Source of the DNA: Oopsacas minuta
Taxonomy: Eukaryota; Animalia; Porifera
Assembly (NCBI GenBank): GCA_024704765.1
Contig: JAKMXF010000011.1
Location: 124,001-188,000, forward strand
Length of the DNA: 64,000 bases
Direction: 5' to 3'
Part shown: piece after piece, positions 14,223 to 28,551 of the stretch
How positions within the stretch are numbered: the stretch's first letter is position 1
How the letters are laid out: every line of letters starts with the position of its first letter
Notes under the pieces: generated by a model
What the model was told of the DNA's origin: nothing
Database searches by the model: none
The model's input: the letters and a program-made list of their open reading frames with translations, nothing else
Made by a program: the position numbers and the translations under genes

Positions 14223-16027
14223 CACGGTGACAAATAAGTTTTGTCCCATTGAAAATTTATTATAACTAAACCATGAACTAAGATACTGACTTGAAATTAT
14301 GCTATAACTTATCAAACTAAATATAGATTCATAATATATTCAATTGTTCGATATAGCCCCCTTTCTTTTTGATGACAGCTGTTAGTCGCTTGGGAATGGA
14401 CTCACAGCGGCACGCAACTTTTCCTGCGGGATTTTTACCCATTCTCGGGATAAAGAGGTTTTTAGAGACTTGATACTCTTGTGGGAAGTAGTGCACGTAT
14501 TTGTCTCCAATATCGACCACAACGAGAAGTCCATCGGGTTGAGACCTGGGCTGGACGGAGGCCATTCCTCCTTGGAGATGAAATCAAGGATATTGTTTCG
14601 TAACCACTGTTGGTTGACTTTCGCTGTGTGGACTGGCGCACCGTCTTGCTGGGATAAAAATGGACGATTATTGAATATGGTCTTACCAAGGCCTCTCACC
14701 ATTGGTCTAAAACGAGCTCCTGGGGCCTTATCAACTAAAATTCTAAGAATTCATGAAATATTCTTAGTTTTCGTTAAGAATTCTTAACTTGGCTATACTT
14801 AACGGATTCTTAGAATAATTCTTAGAATCAAGCAATTCTAAGAAAAATTCTTAGAATAGGGTAATTCTACGAAAAATTCTTAGAATTGGGTAATTCTACT
14901 TGATTGATTCTTGCTATTGATTAATAAAATTTATGCCAATTCATTCGACTTCAATCGCTTTTTGAGAAGATANNNNNNNNNNNNNNNNNNNNNNNNNNNN
15001 NNNNNNNNNNNNNNNNNNNNNNNNNNNNNNNNNNNNNNNNNNNNNNNNNNNNNNNNNNNNNNNNNNNNNATCCACATGTTGTAATACCCGCTATTGGGTG
15101 GGGCAATTATCTCATTAATGATAAATGAAGTATACAAGTAGAAGGATATTATTTTCTACTATGCGCATATCTTCTCAAAAAGCGATTGAAGTCGAATGAA
15201 TTGGCATAAATTTTATTAATCAATAGCAAGAATCAATCAAGTAGAATTACCCAATTCTAAGAATTTTTCTTAGAATTGCTTAATTCTAAGAATTATTCTA
15301 AGAATCCGTTAAGTATAGCCAAGTTAAGAATTCTTAACGAAACTAAGATATTTCATGAATTCTTAGAATTATTCTTAGAAATACACTTAGAATTAAGTTA
15401 AGAATAATTCTTAGAATTTTAGTTAATAAGGCCCCAGATATTTAACAGCGTTTATTTTTACGCCCGGTGGGATGAAAACCAGTGGGGTACGGCCTTTTGC
15501 GGACACCCCCGACCAAACCATCACTGACTGAGGATGCTGAACTCTTTGGACGCATCGATACTCTTGTGGTATGGAAGATGGAGAAGAGGACAATACTCGA
15601 TCGTTTTAACGATTGTACGCCTGCGCGATCCTGAATAATTTCTCATCCGAGAATAAAATTTCATCAAGGCAAAACTTGCGAGGCGGGCGAGTAAGGCCTT
15701 GCTCCTGGCTAGTCTCTTTTCTTTAATCTGTGCCGAAATAAAGTGAAGCTTCCTCTTTTTGTAAGGAAATAGGGCCATATCGCTCTTCACAATTGTTCGG
15801 ACCGATTTTCTTGATATTCTGAGTTCTAGCGCCATTTTCGCATCGAACGTTGCGGATTTCGTTGACTCCGACTACGGATAACCTTTCTCTTCTGGGTACA
15901 GATTACCATTGAATACTTTAAATATATACATTGTTACTTATCTTACATTATAACTGTGTCAACCTGGTTCTTTAATAAGGAACTACACTACATCAAACAT
16001 ATGGGACAGAACCTATTTGTCACCCTG
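14223..16027 (-). mobile_element. Tc1/mariner DD37D (maT) element, degraded, interrupted by a MITE
   Basis: TA|CACGGTGACAAATAAGTTTTGTCCCA ... revcomp CAGGGTGACAAATAGGTTCTGTCCCA|TA. HTH/linker ORF at 15521-15835; catalytic QDGAPVH-(37 aa)-LNPMDFSLWSILE at 14382-14702. The coding sequence rejoins (KINAVKYLELVL..MVRGLG) when 14723-15437 is removed. Confidence 0.88.
14723..15434. mobile_element. PIF/Harbinger-like MITE (GGGCCTTAT.AACTAAAATTCTAAGAATT termini, TTCTTAGAA-rich arms), copy 1
   Basis: Long (~250 bp) inverted arms; inserted at a CWG site (flanks CTG / CAG) inside maT; contains a 97-N gap at 14973-15069. The Harbinger assignment is inferred from the GGG termini and 3-bp CWG target. Confidence 0.65.
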
Positions 16028-16755
16028 TAACTCCATATTTTTACTGATTTAGGCAAGAAGAATTTGTTCTGAGTTTGTTAATACTTTTCTGATTTATACA
16101 TAAGCACTGAATCTATAGTTTCCCATTGTTTAATCCTCAAGTCAATTACATCATACTCCAATCAAAGATTTTCATTTATGTTCCACCCTAAAGTACAATT
16201 CAAAGGAGTCAAAGACTGATGAGACTAATATTTAGTTGTCTTCTTGTGTACGTATACATAAGAAATTCAGCTGAAAATGGAAATTATCATTTATGCCACA
16301 TAGGGTATCGCTAAGTCTTGGTATTTCGTATCAAAAGGAGCCTGATTTTGCATTTAAGAATCAAAATATATAGAAAAGAATCATAAAATGGAATGGGAGA
16401 TTATACTTATTGAGCTATAAAATTTTTAATACATTGTTCAATTTGAGATACGTAGAGCATGTCCTATCACGTAGATACAACAAGGACAAATTATATAAGG
16501 GGATTTTAAAGTTTAAATTCCGAGACAATAAGTGCCGAGTATAGGGCAGCTCGTCGCACAGCGACTTAGCAAGCGAAGAGTCATAGTATTAAAAAAGAAC
16601 AAATTGGAAACTTAACTGCTAGTTCTATGGCCTTAGGGAGGCATTGACTAACGAATGAACAAACTTAAGGAAATTTAACGCAGGAATTCAATTATCAGTC
16701 ATAAAAACTATAATACAAAACAGGAAACAAATTGTAGGATTACAATAGAACTAAC

Positions 16756-17049
16756 GGGTTTTCTGAAAGGAATGGCAAGTTGTCTTCTCAAAATGTGGAA
16801 ATAGTTTGCAGGCGTAGTACAGTTTGCTATTATCCAATTAATGTCCTGAAGTTGTCGAATTTCATATTCATCAACAGAATAATCTGGGAGAAATTCGGGA
16901 TCATCGTTACACATTTGTAAGAATCTTTCAGGTCTTGCACTAGAATGTTCAGGTCCCATTCCTTCATACCCATGTGGAAGCAATAAAACAAGGCCAGTTT
17001 GACGGACCCACTTATCTTGACCTGATGATATAAACTGATCTATAATACA
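16756..17049 (-). CDS. OGDH: 2-oxoglutarate dehydrogenase E1, internal exon ([50 protein letters not shown]...[14 protein letters not shown])
   Basis: Highly conserved OGDH motifs. Acceptor TTTTCAG|TGT at 17049, donor CCC|GTTAGT at 16756; 294 bp, phase 0/0; joins in frame to the 28.6-kb exon. Confidence 0.96.
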
Positions 17050-17194
17050 CTGAAAAGAAAAAACATAAACACCTATACATAACGTGAATGGAGAAAGTAT
17101 TCAACCACTACTAAATTTCCATATAAATAGTAATAATCTGTATATACCATGCAGGGCTGTAGCTAGGAGGGACTAAGAATGTTTCAATAAAATA

Positions 17195-19184
17195 CAGTAA
17201 AACTCCAATTAGGGAACACTTTTGGGATTGCTGAAAATGTTCCGAATATGAAGGTGTTCCTTAATAAGAAGTTAGCTTTTTAGGGGCCAATCATAAACAA
17301 TATGAGGTGTAAAAATGTTTATTTGTAAATATATGGAAGATGTACTACTGTAAGTAATGAACATTGATCAAATAATCTAATTTAGTGTATTTATTAACCA
17401 TTTTCTGTATAACACACGCCATTGATTAGTACTTATGTAGGTACACGTTTAGCGAATCTGTATTATTAAATGTAATAAGTAGTGCAATTGATTAAACTTC
17501 GAAAAAGAATGTTAAAGATTTATGAAATAAGTAGCAACACCTTTCAAAAATATGTCCATAAAAACACTCTCAGTACTGATGATTGACCCTAGAAGACTAG
17601 GATTGCGACTCGCATATAACTTGAGCACCTCTATAGCACTGTTAACATCCTTGTCAGAAGACACTGAAGGTTCTGGTAAATCCTGAGAAGTCTCATCTAG
17701 TGATATCCTGATTATAGATACATGAGCCAACTTCAGCTTCCCAGTCAGTTGATTCAAAAGTAAGAACCTGGTTCCCACTGTCAATGTCCATATACTACTC
17801 GGTGTTACACGACTCTGCATCAGTAATTGTTTTAAAGTCTTTCAAAGTCTTTCAAAGAATGTTAAATTGTTCTGTTGAATCTGGTATCTCGAAAGACTCA
17901 AATCCCTCGAATAATTCGGACCCAGTAAGAGCGAAGCTATTCTGGATCGTTTCTTATGTCACTTCTTGTCAAGCTTGTGCGATCCATAGATAGCATCTAG
18001 GACATTAACGGATTTGATAAGTTCATCTCTAGTCTCAACAGGTCGACTTTGGCCACCGTCGCGTCCGGTATCCGGTTTTCAATTTCTTGATGATACACTG
18101 GTCCATGGATTGCAGTTCTTATGTACAGTTTGTAGAGAAGAATTTGATCACAACATTGGAGAGTTTGATCTGGAGATGGCTGAGAGCATTGCCCACGAAC
18201 AGCAAGATGTTTCTCTACTTCTTTGCCATGCTGAGGTTTAAGTCTTTCAGACGCTCATCGAACATTGTTGTGTCCATCCAAGCTTTCTTGTTGTGTTTCT
18301 AAGTCCCAGCCAGTTCTGAGACATACTTGAATTTCTTGAAGCATTGGCACCCTTTGCTCTTCTCAATCATCACGGAATGAGTTTCCCTTTTCCTGACATG
18401 TTGGAACAGAGGAGAATAATATGTCGATCCTTTTGTACTAGGCACATGGCTGGAGTCTATCTTCTGGACGAGGGACTTTGTTGACAATGCCTTGTAAAGA
18501 GGACTGTTTCATTGCAGTTAAAGATGTCGTCACGGCTGTATTCGTCAATGAGAGAGTCAAGCCCTTGATTTCATGTTCTGACGACTTATTAGTCAACATC
18601 TGCGCAATCACCACTCGAAACTTTGATGTTGGTATTATAGCGAACACGAAACTTTTAAATCGAGCAATTTGATGCCTGAAGCCCAGTCAGTTCGAATTCT
18701 GTCACAATATCCAGGGGTTTCTCTTGGAGAATATGACCTGACACTAAGATGTTCTTGGATCGGGGTATAACGAACAACTCTCACGCTTTCTCTTTGAGAT
18801 CTTCATTTTTAGATAATTTCCAATTTTTAGCTTTCGTTCAACCAAGCGGTTCACAATTTCAAGGGAACACCAAACATAGCGACGACTGCTCGCAGATTAC
18901 TTTTCAATCTACTTTCAAATCTCTAACTTCTGTGAAAGGTTAGATTCTTCCTGGATATTGTTGAACATAATGTGATGAATCGTTTTGAGATAGACAGACC
19001 AAAGATTTGTCAAAATGTCATATTCATGCAAACAGTGGTATATGTATGCATACACACATTAGGAAATGGCTTCCATTTCATACAAACAATTGTCATTTCA
19101 ATAAGCAGTAGTGTAAAGAACAACACAAACATCAATCACACTGATCCCCACATTAGTAGGAGTTCAATATTGGAGGTTTTACTG
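17195..19184 (-). mobile_element. pogo/Tigger element, heavily degraded
   Basis: TA|CAGTAAAACTCCAAT ... revcomp CAGTAAAACCTCCAAT|TA. Broken DDE_1 motifs on the minus strand (NKKAWMDTTMFDERLKDLN, ILLFVGNALSH, ELQSMDQCIIKKLK). Confidence 0.75.
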
Positions 19185-19760
19185 TACACTTAACTATAAG
19201 AATGTTTTTCCAGCAACCATTGAAATTATATTTTTTGTTTTATATAACCACAAATACATTCCTTCCAGTTGAATTACATTTTATAAGCGAATTGTTGAAC
19301 CATTCCTGATGGCTATAGTCACTATAAATATATACACGCGGTGCCGCAGTCCCTTAACATGTAAAACAAACTTGTTCAAGATCCCGTATATTTGTGCTAT
19401 AGCAATTTGGGGTGAAGAAGAGATTCGCGAATCATTCCAAAGAGAAGCATCCACATTGGTTTGATCTGATTTTCTTGAAAGAAATAGATATTACATACGA
19501 TTCATTGCTGAAATTGTTCAATTTTTAGCTGTCAGTGAACTACCTCTACTTGAACATTATGAAATTGATCAAAATACGAGCATGGACTGTTGAGGAACAT
19601 GATTGAATATACACTTAAAAAGGACCTGAAACTTCCTGACATTTCCATATAAATTCTTAAAATGCTAATCACATTTCTGCAGATATTCAAAATGATGTGA
19701 TAAATACTATGTCGGAAGAAGTTAGGAAAGAAATTATTATGGAAATTCTATCACTGAGTT

Positions 19761-20616
19761 ACTAGACGTATTTTTCGGCCGTGTACAAACTGACTGTATG
19801 GCCTTCAAGGAATGTGCTAGATATCATCATCCCAAATTTCGCCAAAATAAAATATACCATTAAATCTAATATATTCTTAAATAGTATTACATTTATACTT
19901 CAAGATTCTATAAGTAAGCAATATTTTACAATATTCATCATGCTAGATATATGACATACAAGGAGCGCGTTAGTACGAAAACAGTTAATACAAAGTTCAG
20001 GCTAATACGAATCCCTGAAATACATACTTTGGATAAGAAGTACTATTTCGAAGTATCGCTGTGGACGTATTAACTAGTTTCCACAGTGTATTATTACTTT
20101 ATCAGAGGGTGGAGTCTGGCAGCACCTTTGGTACCCGGGGCGGAATCTGAAGTTGGCACACCATTTTCTGCATATTATGCAACGCTAGCCGCAACGCTGC
20201 CCTCTGGGTGGATTTTTCTGCTAGTTCATGCGAAATGCTTTTACAGCCCTTCGGCCCTCACTATTGTCTTTTAGAGTTTGCGAACACTAAGCGTCCACAA
20301 TGTAATAGCACTCAGTGAACAATCAAAAATTCTTTACATTGCTATGCTCCTAGACTTTTTCATACAATACGAAGGAAGGAATCAGATCGGCCAACGCTGA
20401 CCAATCAGATTCCTGCGAAAATGCATTGAAGTATATGGGCGAGGTGTGAAAATTCACATATCTTGTCCAAAAATGGTTCGAGTCGGAAAATAACTCTTAA
20501 TTGGAAATGTTGAGTAACTACTTAGTCGACACACAAAATTGGGTTCGAATCAGCCAAAGCATCTCTGAGAAATGCCCACACACACACACACATATACACT
20601 TTGTTTTATATAGAGA
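19761..20616 (+). mobile_element. Possible non-autonomous Helentron/HINE-type element
   Basis: Starts ACTAGACGTATTTTTCGGCCG, has a (CA)n microsatellite at 20577-20592 and ends TTTTATATAGAGA, the layout typical of DINE/HINE-like elements. No coding evidence. Confidence 0.4.
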
Positions 20617-22187
20617 GCTAAGTTATTTAATACGTATTCAATGAAGACGTATTAGATAGAATACGTATCATACGTAATATACGTTCAATCTACATTCTTT
20701 GGTCACGCAACTTCTATTAGGCTGATTTATGGGATAAATAATTAACACCTAAACAGTAGTTCTCGAATTGTTAATGAATAATCTCAGCATAGTTGACCAA
20801 ATTATGTAGTATTTGATAATAAAGTGACTTGTACAAGTGTAACAATGTCAAAGTCTAATATTTCGTTGGTAACCTAGACGTATAATGCTTTCAAATAGAT
20901 CATGTATAACGTATTATAAGTCATACGAATTATACAACTTAGATACAGAGATATTGCTAAGTATATTGTACATATATGTGAGATGTTTATTTTCCGATAT
21001 ATGTATTGAATGTTGACTAAATTATCTAAGGTGAAAACACAGTGTACATACCACAAATTCTTAAGGATTTACAGCACCCCTCCAAAATCAATGAAATAGG
21101 AAAATAAAGAATAAGTCGCAAAATAACAAAGTAATTTTCAACAGTAAATAAGTTCAAATAATATAGGTGATATATTTGGAATAAATTTAGCAGTGGTAAT
21201 ATTGGATAAATTTTATAATGCGTCTCGGTTTAGATAATGTAGGCATGATGAATTTATTTTGCTAGATAAACGTATTATAGTTTAACGGGTATGTATAGGA
21301 ACGCAGTAACTACATCCTGGATCTCAAAAATAGATAATATAATGTACTCCCCTTGGTACGCCAGTGCATGTACTACATATTTGACACCCTAATTTGACCA
21401 TGATTGTAACGATTATCGAGTTACAAGTGGATAATGAACTAATCAGAGTGCTAGAAAACAATATTGCATAGTACTTGGCTTGATCGATATTTTCAGTATT
21501 ATTCTGGTTTGCGTAAGAGCGAATAACTCAATAAAATGTCCATCCTTTGAGAAAGAGGTAAATATATTATTGGGAACCATTTGGATTCTAATACAAATAT
21601 AGCGAAGGTATAGTCAATTTAAATCATACAATTTCTTTTCTGGCCTTTCTTGGAGCAAATGTGTCAATGAGCTCACCAAAATTTCACTTGCCCTGACAAA
21701 TCATTTTCAATACTAAATTTTGCAGACCATTCAGTCTCTCTCGACTCATAATATTCCACAGAAAGTATTTGATCATTTTTAGTTTACTGAATGAACGTTC
21801 AGTGGATGCCATAGTAACAGGAAGTGTACCGAATATAATGAAAACAATGGACACACTCGGAAACAAGGAATCAAATTTCGTATTTGAAATCAAGCCAAAT
21901 AGATTTAAAGACCATGAGCTGTTGGACCAAAGTTTGCAGGGTGAAATCTTTTTAAATTAACCACTTCATCCAGAAAATCGTCCTGGATAATATACAGTAA
22001 TGCTAATAAGCTCATACTTGCAATGCGGATTTCTTGATCTCCCAATTTCATAAACGCCAAAGAAATTCTACGGTTTCATTACATGTCATATAGTGTTTGG
22101 TTATAGTGACTGACTAACTAAATTATTCCCAAAGAATTACCATTAAGGACATCATCCATCTTTTCAGAATCTCCTTGAAATGCAATA

Positions 22188-24303
22188 CAGTAAACATTGG
22201 ATTTAACGACATCGGCTTTAACGACAAGTCGCTTATAACGACTCATTTTGCTTGCCCAGAATCTCGCAGCATTATTCTGCACACACTATACCTCGGGTAT
22301 AACGACCTGTCAGATAACAACAAATTGAATTTAGCGACATATTTCTATGCCTGCTCCATGCAAATCCAATTGGATATTACGACTTTTGGGCTGTCTATAC
22401 TGTGGACTTAAGAAAAGTGTACTAGTGAATTATTGAGGTTTTAATAATTGATTTAATTATAAAACAATTAAAATCTCCTTTCGAATCAACAGCACCTGGC
22501 TTCTTACGAAAATGCTTATTAAAAGCTATTATACGTACAATGTAATGTTAAAATTTAATCGTCATGGATTCGAGCGGACTTTGCAAAAGGAAGCGCTTTT
22601 CTTTTGCTGAAAAATACAAAATTTTGAGGCGCTTGATGCAGGAGCTAAGCGACCATTCTTGGAGCAGAAAAATGGCATTTCACATGGGACCCTACCCGGC
22701 TTCTTGAAAGATCGGGCTATGAATGAAACTTCCATCGCAAGTGCATCAAATCTTGATTCGAAGAGCACAAAGCTGTCTCGATACCCGGAGATAGACACTG
22801 CACTGCTTGAGTGGTTTCGTTGTTTGAAGAGCACAGCTCCCAGATGAGTCAGTCACCCGTCCCTTTCTTCTAGAAAAGTCGATATACATCGCGGAGAAAC
22901 TGAAAGTACGAAATGTGCTTGGCTACCTTGAACCTGTGTTCCTTGATCTGAACTGGATAGATCGTTGGAAGAAGCGCCACAACATCACCAGCCGTCAAAT
23001 CTCGAGTGAGAGCCAATCAGCAGATCACGCTGGTGCTGACAACTGGATATCAACGCAGCTGAAACTGATCAGAGAAGAGTTTGAAGACAAGGATATTTTC
23101 AATGCTGATGAGACTGGGCTATTCTGGAAGATGACACCAGACAGAACTTTGTCTTTCCGAGGAGACTTGTGCAAAGGAGGCAAGCGCTCCAAGGAACGCC
23201 TCACTGTATTGGCAGCAGCTAGTGTGCTTGGGGAGAGGTTTCCGCTACTCGTTATTCGAAAGTGTAAGCGCCCCTACTGTTTCCGAGGCGTCCTGAATCT
23301 TCCAGTGGAGTATGATGCCAATCGAACCGCATGGATGACAAGTGAGATTTTTGAGAAATGGCTAAGGAAGTTGAATAATTCTATGAGATTTGACGACAGG
23401 AAAATCGCCATGATTCTTGACAACTTCTCAGGTCATCCGAACCTTAACTTGTCCCATATCAAGCTTTTCTTTCTCCCACCCAACACAACGTCTATGGCTC
23501 AGCCCATGGACGCAGGTATAATCAAGAACCTCAAGCACCACTACCGCGGGTTTCTTGTTAGGAAGCGTTTATTGGCAATTGATTCTGAAACGGGGTTCAA
23601 GCTTGACTTGCTCCAGGCCTTGGACTGGCTAAAAATGTCCTGGGATGATGTCACCCCCACAACCATCAAGCATTACTATCAGCATGTTGGGTTCAAGGAT
23701 TTACCTGCCACTGAAGAAACCTCAGCACCTGACACATCAATTTGGAGCAGTGCTGAAGAAGCAGGGCTTGTTTCGGATGGCTTATCATTTGAGGACTTTG
23801 TTGTTCTGGATGATGGTGTTGCAATTGGACCTGGTGCAAATGGTCTCGAAATTGACGATATCCTTAATAGTCTGCACCCTCCAAGTGATAACGATGTTGA
23901 TATCAAAAATGACGACAATGAATATCCCCTCAATATCCATGTTCCGTCATTCGACACTGTTGTCTCATGCCTTGACACCGTTATGAAGTTCTTGCGCACC
24001 CTCCCATGCTCAGAGAAACAGATTCAGTCTGTCAGCGAACTTCAAAACTTCTTGACTGAAAGTCAGCTGAGTCGACTGCAGCAGGCATCAATAACTAGCT
24101 TTTTCAAATCAAACTAATCATATTCATGACATTAGTATGACGATAATACAACAGCATAGTATACTACATCGTAAACACGAATAAATTTGGGTGTCATCCG
24201 GTATATAATGCATAAATAAAGCTTCCTCGGATTTAGCGACAAATCGGATATAGCGACCTTTTTTGCCTGCCCAAACCAGTGTCGTTAAATCCAATGTTTA
24301 CTG
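22188..24303 (+). mobile_element. pogo/Tigger (TIGD4/6-like) DNA transposon
   Basis: TA|CAGTAAACATTGGATTTAACGAC ... GTCGTTAAATCCAATGTTTACTG|TA: a perfect 23-bp TIR with TA TSD. Confidence 0.93.
22564..24117 (+). pseudogene. Tigger transposase: HTH_psq and CENP-B HTH with frameshifts/stop in the 5' part; 400-aa open DDE_1 region (22915-24117)
   Basis: MDSSGLCKRKRFSFAEKYKIL; YPEIDTALLEWFR; DIFNADETGLFW; ILDNFSGH; LPPNTTSMAQPMDAGIIKNLK. Confidence 0.88.
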
Positions 24304-27300
24304 TACTCTTTCTCCAATGAAAGAAATCACATCTAAAATACTTTCACAAGTTCTCTCCATCTTAACTTTTAACCTCGGAAAGATTGAACTAACTGGTCAT
24401 CAAAAATTCCAAAAATATTTCTAAGCTGGACATCTTGCTGCGCCATTTAGGATAACATGTCTTATGAGAAGTAGTAATTTCATGATCTGAGAAACACTTA
24501 TAGAGCTTAGTCCGTTGATGTTTGTCAATATCCATCAAGTGTGCAAACAGGCGATAAAGAATGAGCAATAATAGTCGCAGCAAAAATGCAGCAAGGAAAA
24601 CAGTGAAGTAAAATGTTTATTGGGCTAAAAACGAACCAATTACGAACCTCAGTTATCCATTTGGTCCTTTTGACTGGAACATGTCAATTGGAAATGCTTG
24701 ATCATGGTATTCAGGTGAAATCATTATTGTACTTTGAGGACAGTTGCCAGATTGGAAAGATCACTATCAATGGACTGATGATCTTGTTCATTAAAGGTTT
24801 TGTAACAGAAATTTACTCAATATTAAGGTCTTAAAATCGTACCTCTTTCTAGTCCGATTCTTGAGAAGGCTCTATGTTCAAATTAGCCACTGTGTCGCTT
24901 AGGATAGTATGTTCGAAAAATTGCACCTCTAAAATTCTGTGCGAATGTTCTTAAGATAATACATCTCTCACTCTTTTGCGATGCCACGTTATCCGGCCCT
25001 TGGTACATTGGTACCAGACTAATCCCCCTGTCGCGGGCACTCGTGCAGAGCTCTGATTTCTTCTTGACTCTATTCCCGTTGCCTTACAAAGGATGACTCC
25101 TGCTAACAATGCTGCTGAGAAGTTAATATTGCTATAATTAAGATCAATTATGAACATCAGCAAGGTAGAACTCGGCTGATACGTGCGCGGAGAAACAAAA
25201 ATAACAGGAAAGAAGTGCTAATGAATAACAATACAGGATCGTGAAGTAAACACAATGTCATGGCGTAGCTTAAGAAAAATGTTCCAGAGATATTTCACAA
25301 GGCCGACGAATATACAGGTTGGCTAAAATGTTTTAAGAGTTTAGTGCGAATAAATCTATTGATAGTTGCAGGACAATAAATTTTCAATCCCAAAAGATAT
25401 ACAATTTATATATAAACATCCTTAGATCACTTGATACTTAATTCTGGGATCAAGGACGCCCTAGTGATCCTCTATCAGTGATATAAAAATTTTGATAATA
25501 TGGCTTCTGTACATAATTAACTATCAATAACACATTTATTCGAGTTAAAATGTACCAATTATATTTTATCGATAAGAATAAATTGAAGTCAAATTTAATA
25601 GACTTGAAGTAATCCATGGATGGTCAAATACCGTGAATATCCCATAGTTTCGTAGGCTGTGAGGGTATGTGAAGTCGGATATTTAAAATAAATTGGCCAT
25701 ACTGATTGTTAATAAAGTTATAATTGCACATTTATCAACATATGCCATCCATTGTCTCAACTGTAACTGAATAACGAACCAAGTTGATTATAAGAACAGA
25801 CGTATTGTAAAATGTATGTTTGGGGAGTTGTTAAATGCACAATTTCACTAACTGTGTGCAATATATTTGCAAGTATTCCATTCCTCCATGTCCTTTGATA
25901 TTCAAGTACTCATAGAAAATGTGTAAATAATTTCTGTCCAAATTAGATGCTTATGTATATATACGTAATCTAAATTACAGGTATTGTTCTTGGATTGTCT
26001 AATAAACTAAACTGTCTCTACTTTGATTGATAAAATAATATTTGCTTGCCACAAATATTTGCTTCCTAAGTTGAGGAATTCATGAACAAATCATGTCAAA
26101 CTGCAGATAAAAACTCAATTTATATAAATGTCAATACTTAGGAATATCTGCAAATAAAAAAACTCAATTATTATCTGTTTGTTGTCCACCATGTAACATA
26201 ATGATATTGGAAGATGATCTGCCTATATTATGTAGGGACTCACATATCCTTCTGTGCACGATATAAGAAAAGAAAAATAAATTGGGGTAATCGAGTATGG
26301 CTGATTCGGAATATCACACTTTCGAATTGATCATATGCATGTGTAAATTTATTTGTTGGTTTATGAGATAAAGTAAACAAATAGTTAAAATCTCAAAATT
26401 TATTTAGAGACAGCTCTCATCGACATATAGAGGTAATCAAGTATGCTGAATCCGAAATTTGCATATTCAAGTTTCTTATCTGTACATTAGTGTTGTTTTC
26501 ATGAATAAAAAGCAAAACATTGTTGAACACCAGTGTTCACAAGCCGCGCAGTTCGAGTAAGCGAAGCGGCTCGCCTGCAAATATATGGGTGACACATTTT
26601 AAGAAAATGCAATTATAACTCGAAAATAATGGAAAAGATTGCAAAGTTGATATAGCCAATTATAGTATACACCCGACTTCCATAAACATATAATAGATTT
26701 TGATATGATATCATTAGGGTTAATCAAGAAATCCGATTTTACCATAATAATAACGATTCTTAAGTAATAATTGAATACTCATAAAAATTTGTCACCCATG
26801 GAATCTACAATAAATCAAGAACGATACAACTTATCTATAGCAAATTTTTGATATTTTGTATGAAAGTATCTATAGATCATTGAATATATAAAATTTGAGA
26901 TGAAATGTGCTATATTTAAGGTCATTTAAGGTTTCAAATAATAGCAAAATTTAACAAATAAATGCTTAAAAGACATACAATTTTGAAACTTTTCTTAAAT
27001 ACTTAGCATAACATGTTTGAATTCTTAATTTATCAAAGCTTACGAGGAAAAATCGGATGCATTAAAAAAATCGTCTAAAGCAAATTCATACTGAATAATA
27101 AGTTATTATACCTCGGTATAATAGTACTTTCTAACATATTAATTAAAATTTAAGTTCAGCCCATACGAGTACCCCGGTCCCAAATTCAATAATCACCTCT
27201 GAGCCCTTATGAATAGTAGCAATGATGTATGCAAAAACTGTTACCTTGCTCTTCTATTATAAGCATTACATTTATTCGAATGAAAAAGGAAAGATTCTGA

Positions 27301-28551
27301 AATATAAAGTATGTGACCAAGTTGATCCAGAGTTCATTATAATGAAGTAGCGCCATGGGCTTATGTTACGTGTGCCAAAATTGGACATATATATGTAGTA
27401 GCATAATTTGGAAATCTTGTAAATACAATATACCACCTCAGTTGTCCTAAGGTAAACTAACCAATGAATATCAGAGATTTTCGGAAATCTAGGTCCTTGT
27501 TGGCTAATTCGAATAAGATCTGCTACATTATAAATAGTCAAAACAGATCAGGAATCTAAACATATTCTACTAGAATATGAAAACAAATTTAAGTTTGATG
27601 TTTCAAAAATTCAAATGGTCTAGGCGGGTGTAAGTGAAATCGAGAACTCATATGGGTGCGCTAGATATAAAAGCTGGAAGGAACAGTGCTTACAGTGCAT
27701 CCCAGACCGTCATGTGAATTACACAGATCAACAAAATATGGAATATTTTGCTATTTGAAAAAATTCTATCATATTAGGGGTTATCGAGTATCCTGATTAC
27801 GAAAATTCAATCAGTTTTCTCGATCAGGTCGAGTTTGAGGAATATATCATTTTTACTTTCTCAAATTTCTTCAATATTTAGTAGTAAATTCATACTCTGG
27901 CTGTTAGAATTTGATATGTATATGACAAAAATGTGCTCAATGCCAATAACTTATTTAAATATTCCATTTATGCTTCATTTTGCCAATTTAGTTATTTAAT
28001 TGGCCATATTGCACACAAAAATATTAGTATTTCATAGCTGCCACTAACTTTAAACCTATAATCTTTCAAACGAGTCGTTTTATCTCCTGAAATTCCTGAA
28101 ATAGTTCTTGTGCATATGTCCGAAAGTAGGCTACTTGATTAGAGGAATATTTTAGGGGATATGGTCAAAAAGGTGTGAAGTCATAAAATAATTACACCAC
28201 TCAATTAATAATTTAAAAGATGAACTAGTCTAAAAAATAATGAAATTATGTGGTTCATTGAAAATTACTAAAAATATATATACGTTTAATTATTTCAAAC
28301 GAATATTCAAATAAATGGTATATCCGTTTGGCCAAAATAACATCAAACACCAAAACGCAGATTTCAAAAATTATTTAGTTTCCTATCCTATGTATTAAAC
28401 ACTTTGGCAAATAAAGGGAGGTTAAAGGGTTGAAACATCTCAAGAGTTCAATCAAACTCCATATCGAGAACTATTACGAAATGGACTTCGAATAAGCACA
28501 AAATGACCAAATAATCAGACAATCAGAATTATGCATTAAAAAAGTAAATAC

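Larger units (their letters stand above)
21640..24750 (-). pseudogene. Degraded, internally deleted hAT (ZMYM1-like) transposase remnant, split by the Tigger at 22188-24303
   Basis: ILDVISFIGER|(TA insertion)|IAFQGDSEKMDD..NGNSLGII rejoins across the Tigger. Dimerisation motif TLPVTMASTERSFSKLKMIK at 21684-21893. Ends not resolved. Confidence 0.7.

Noticed and set aside
20542-20551. tRNA B-box-like GGTTCGAATC
   Set aside because: No A-box or cloverleaf around it.
26540-27130. Possible Helentron-like element with a 3' hairpin TATTATACC-TC-GGTATAATA (27104-27123)
   Set aside because: The ends and subTIRs could not be defined; the hairpin alone is insufficient.
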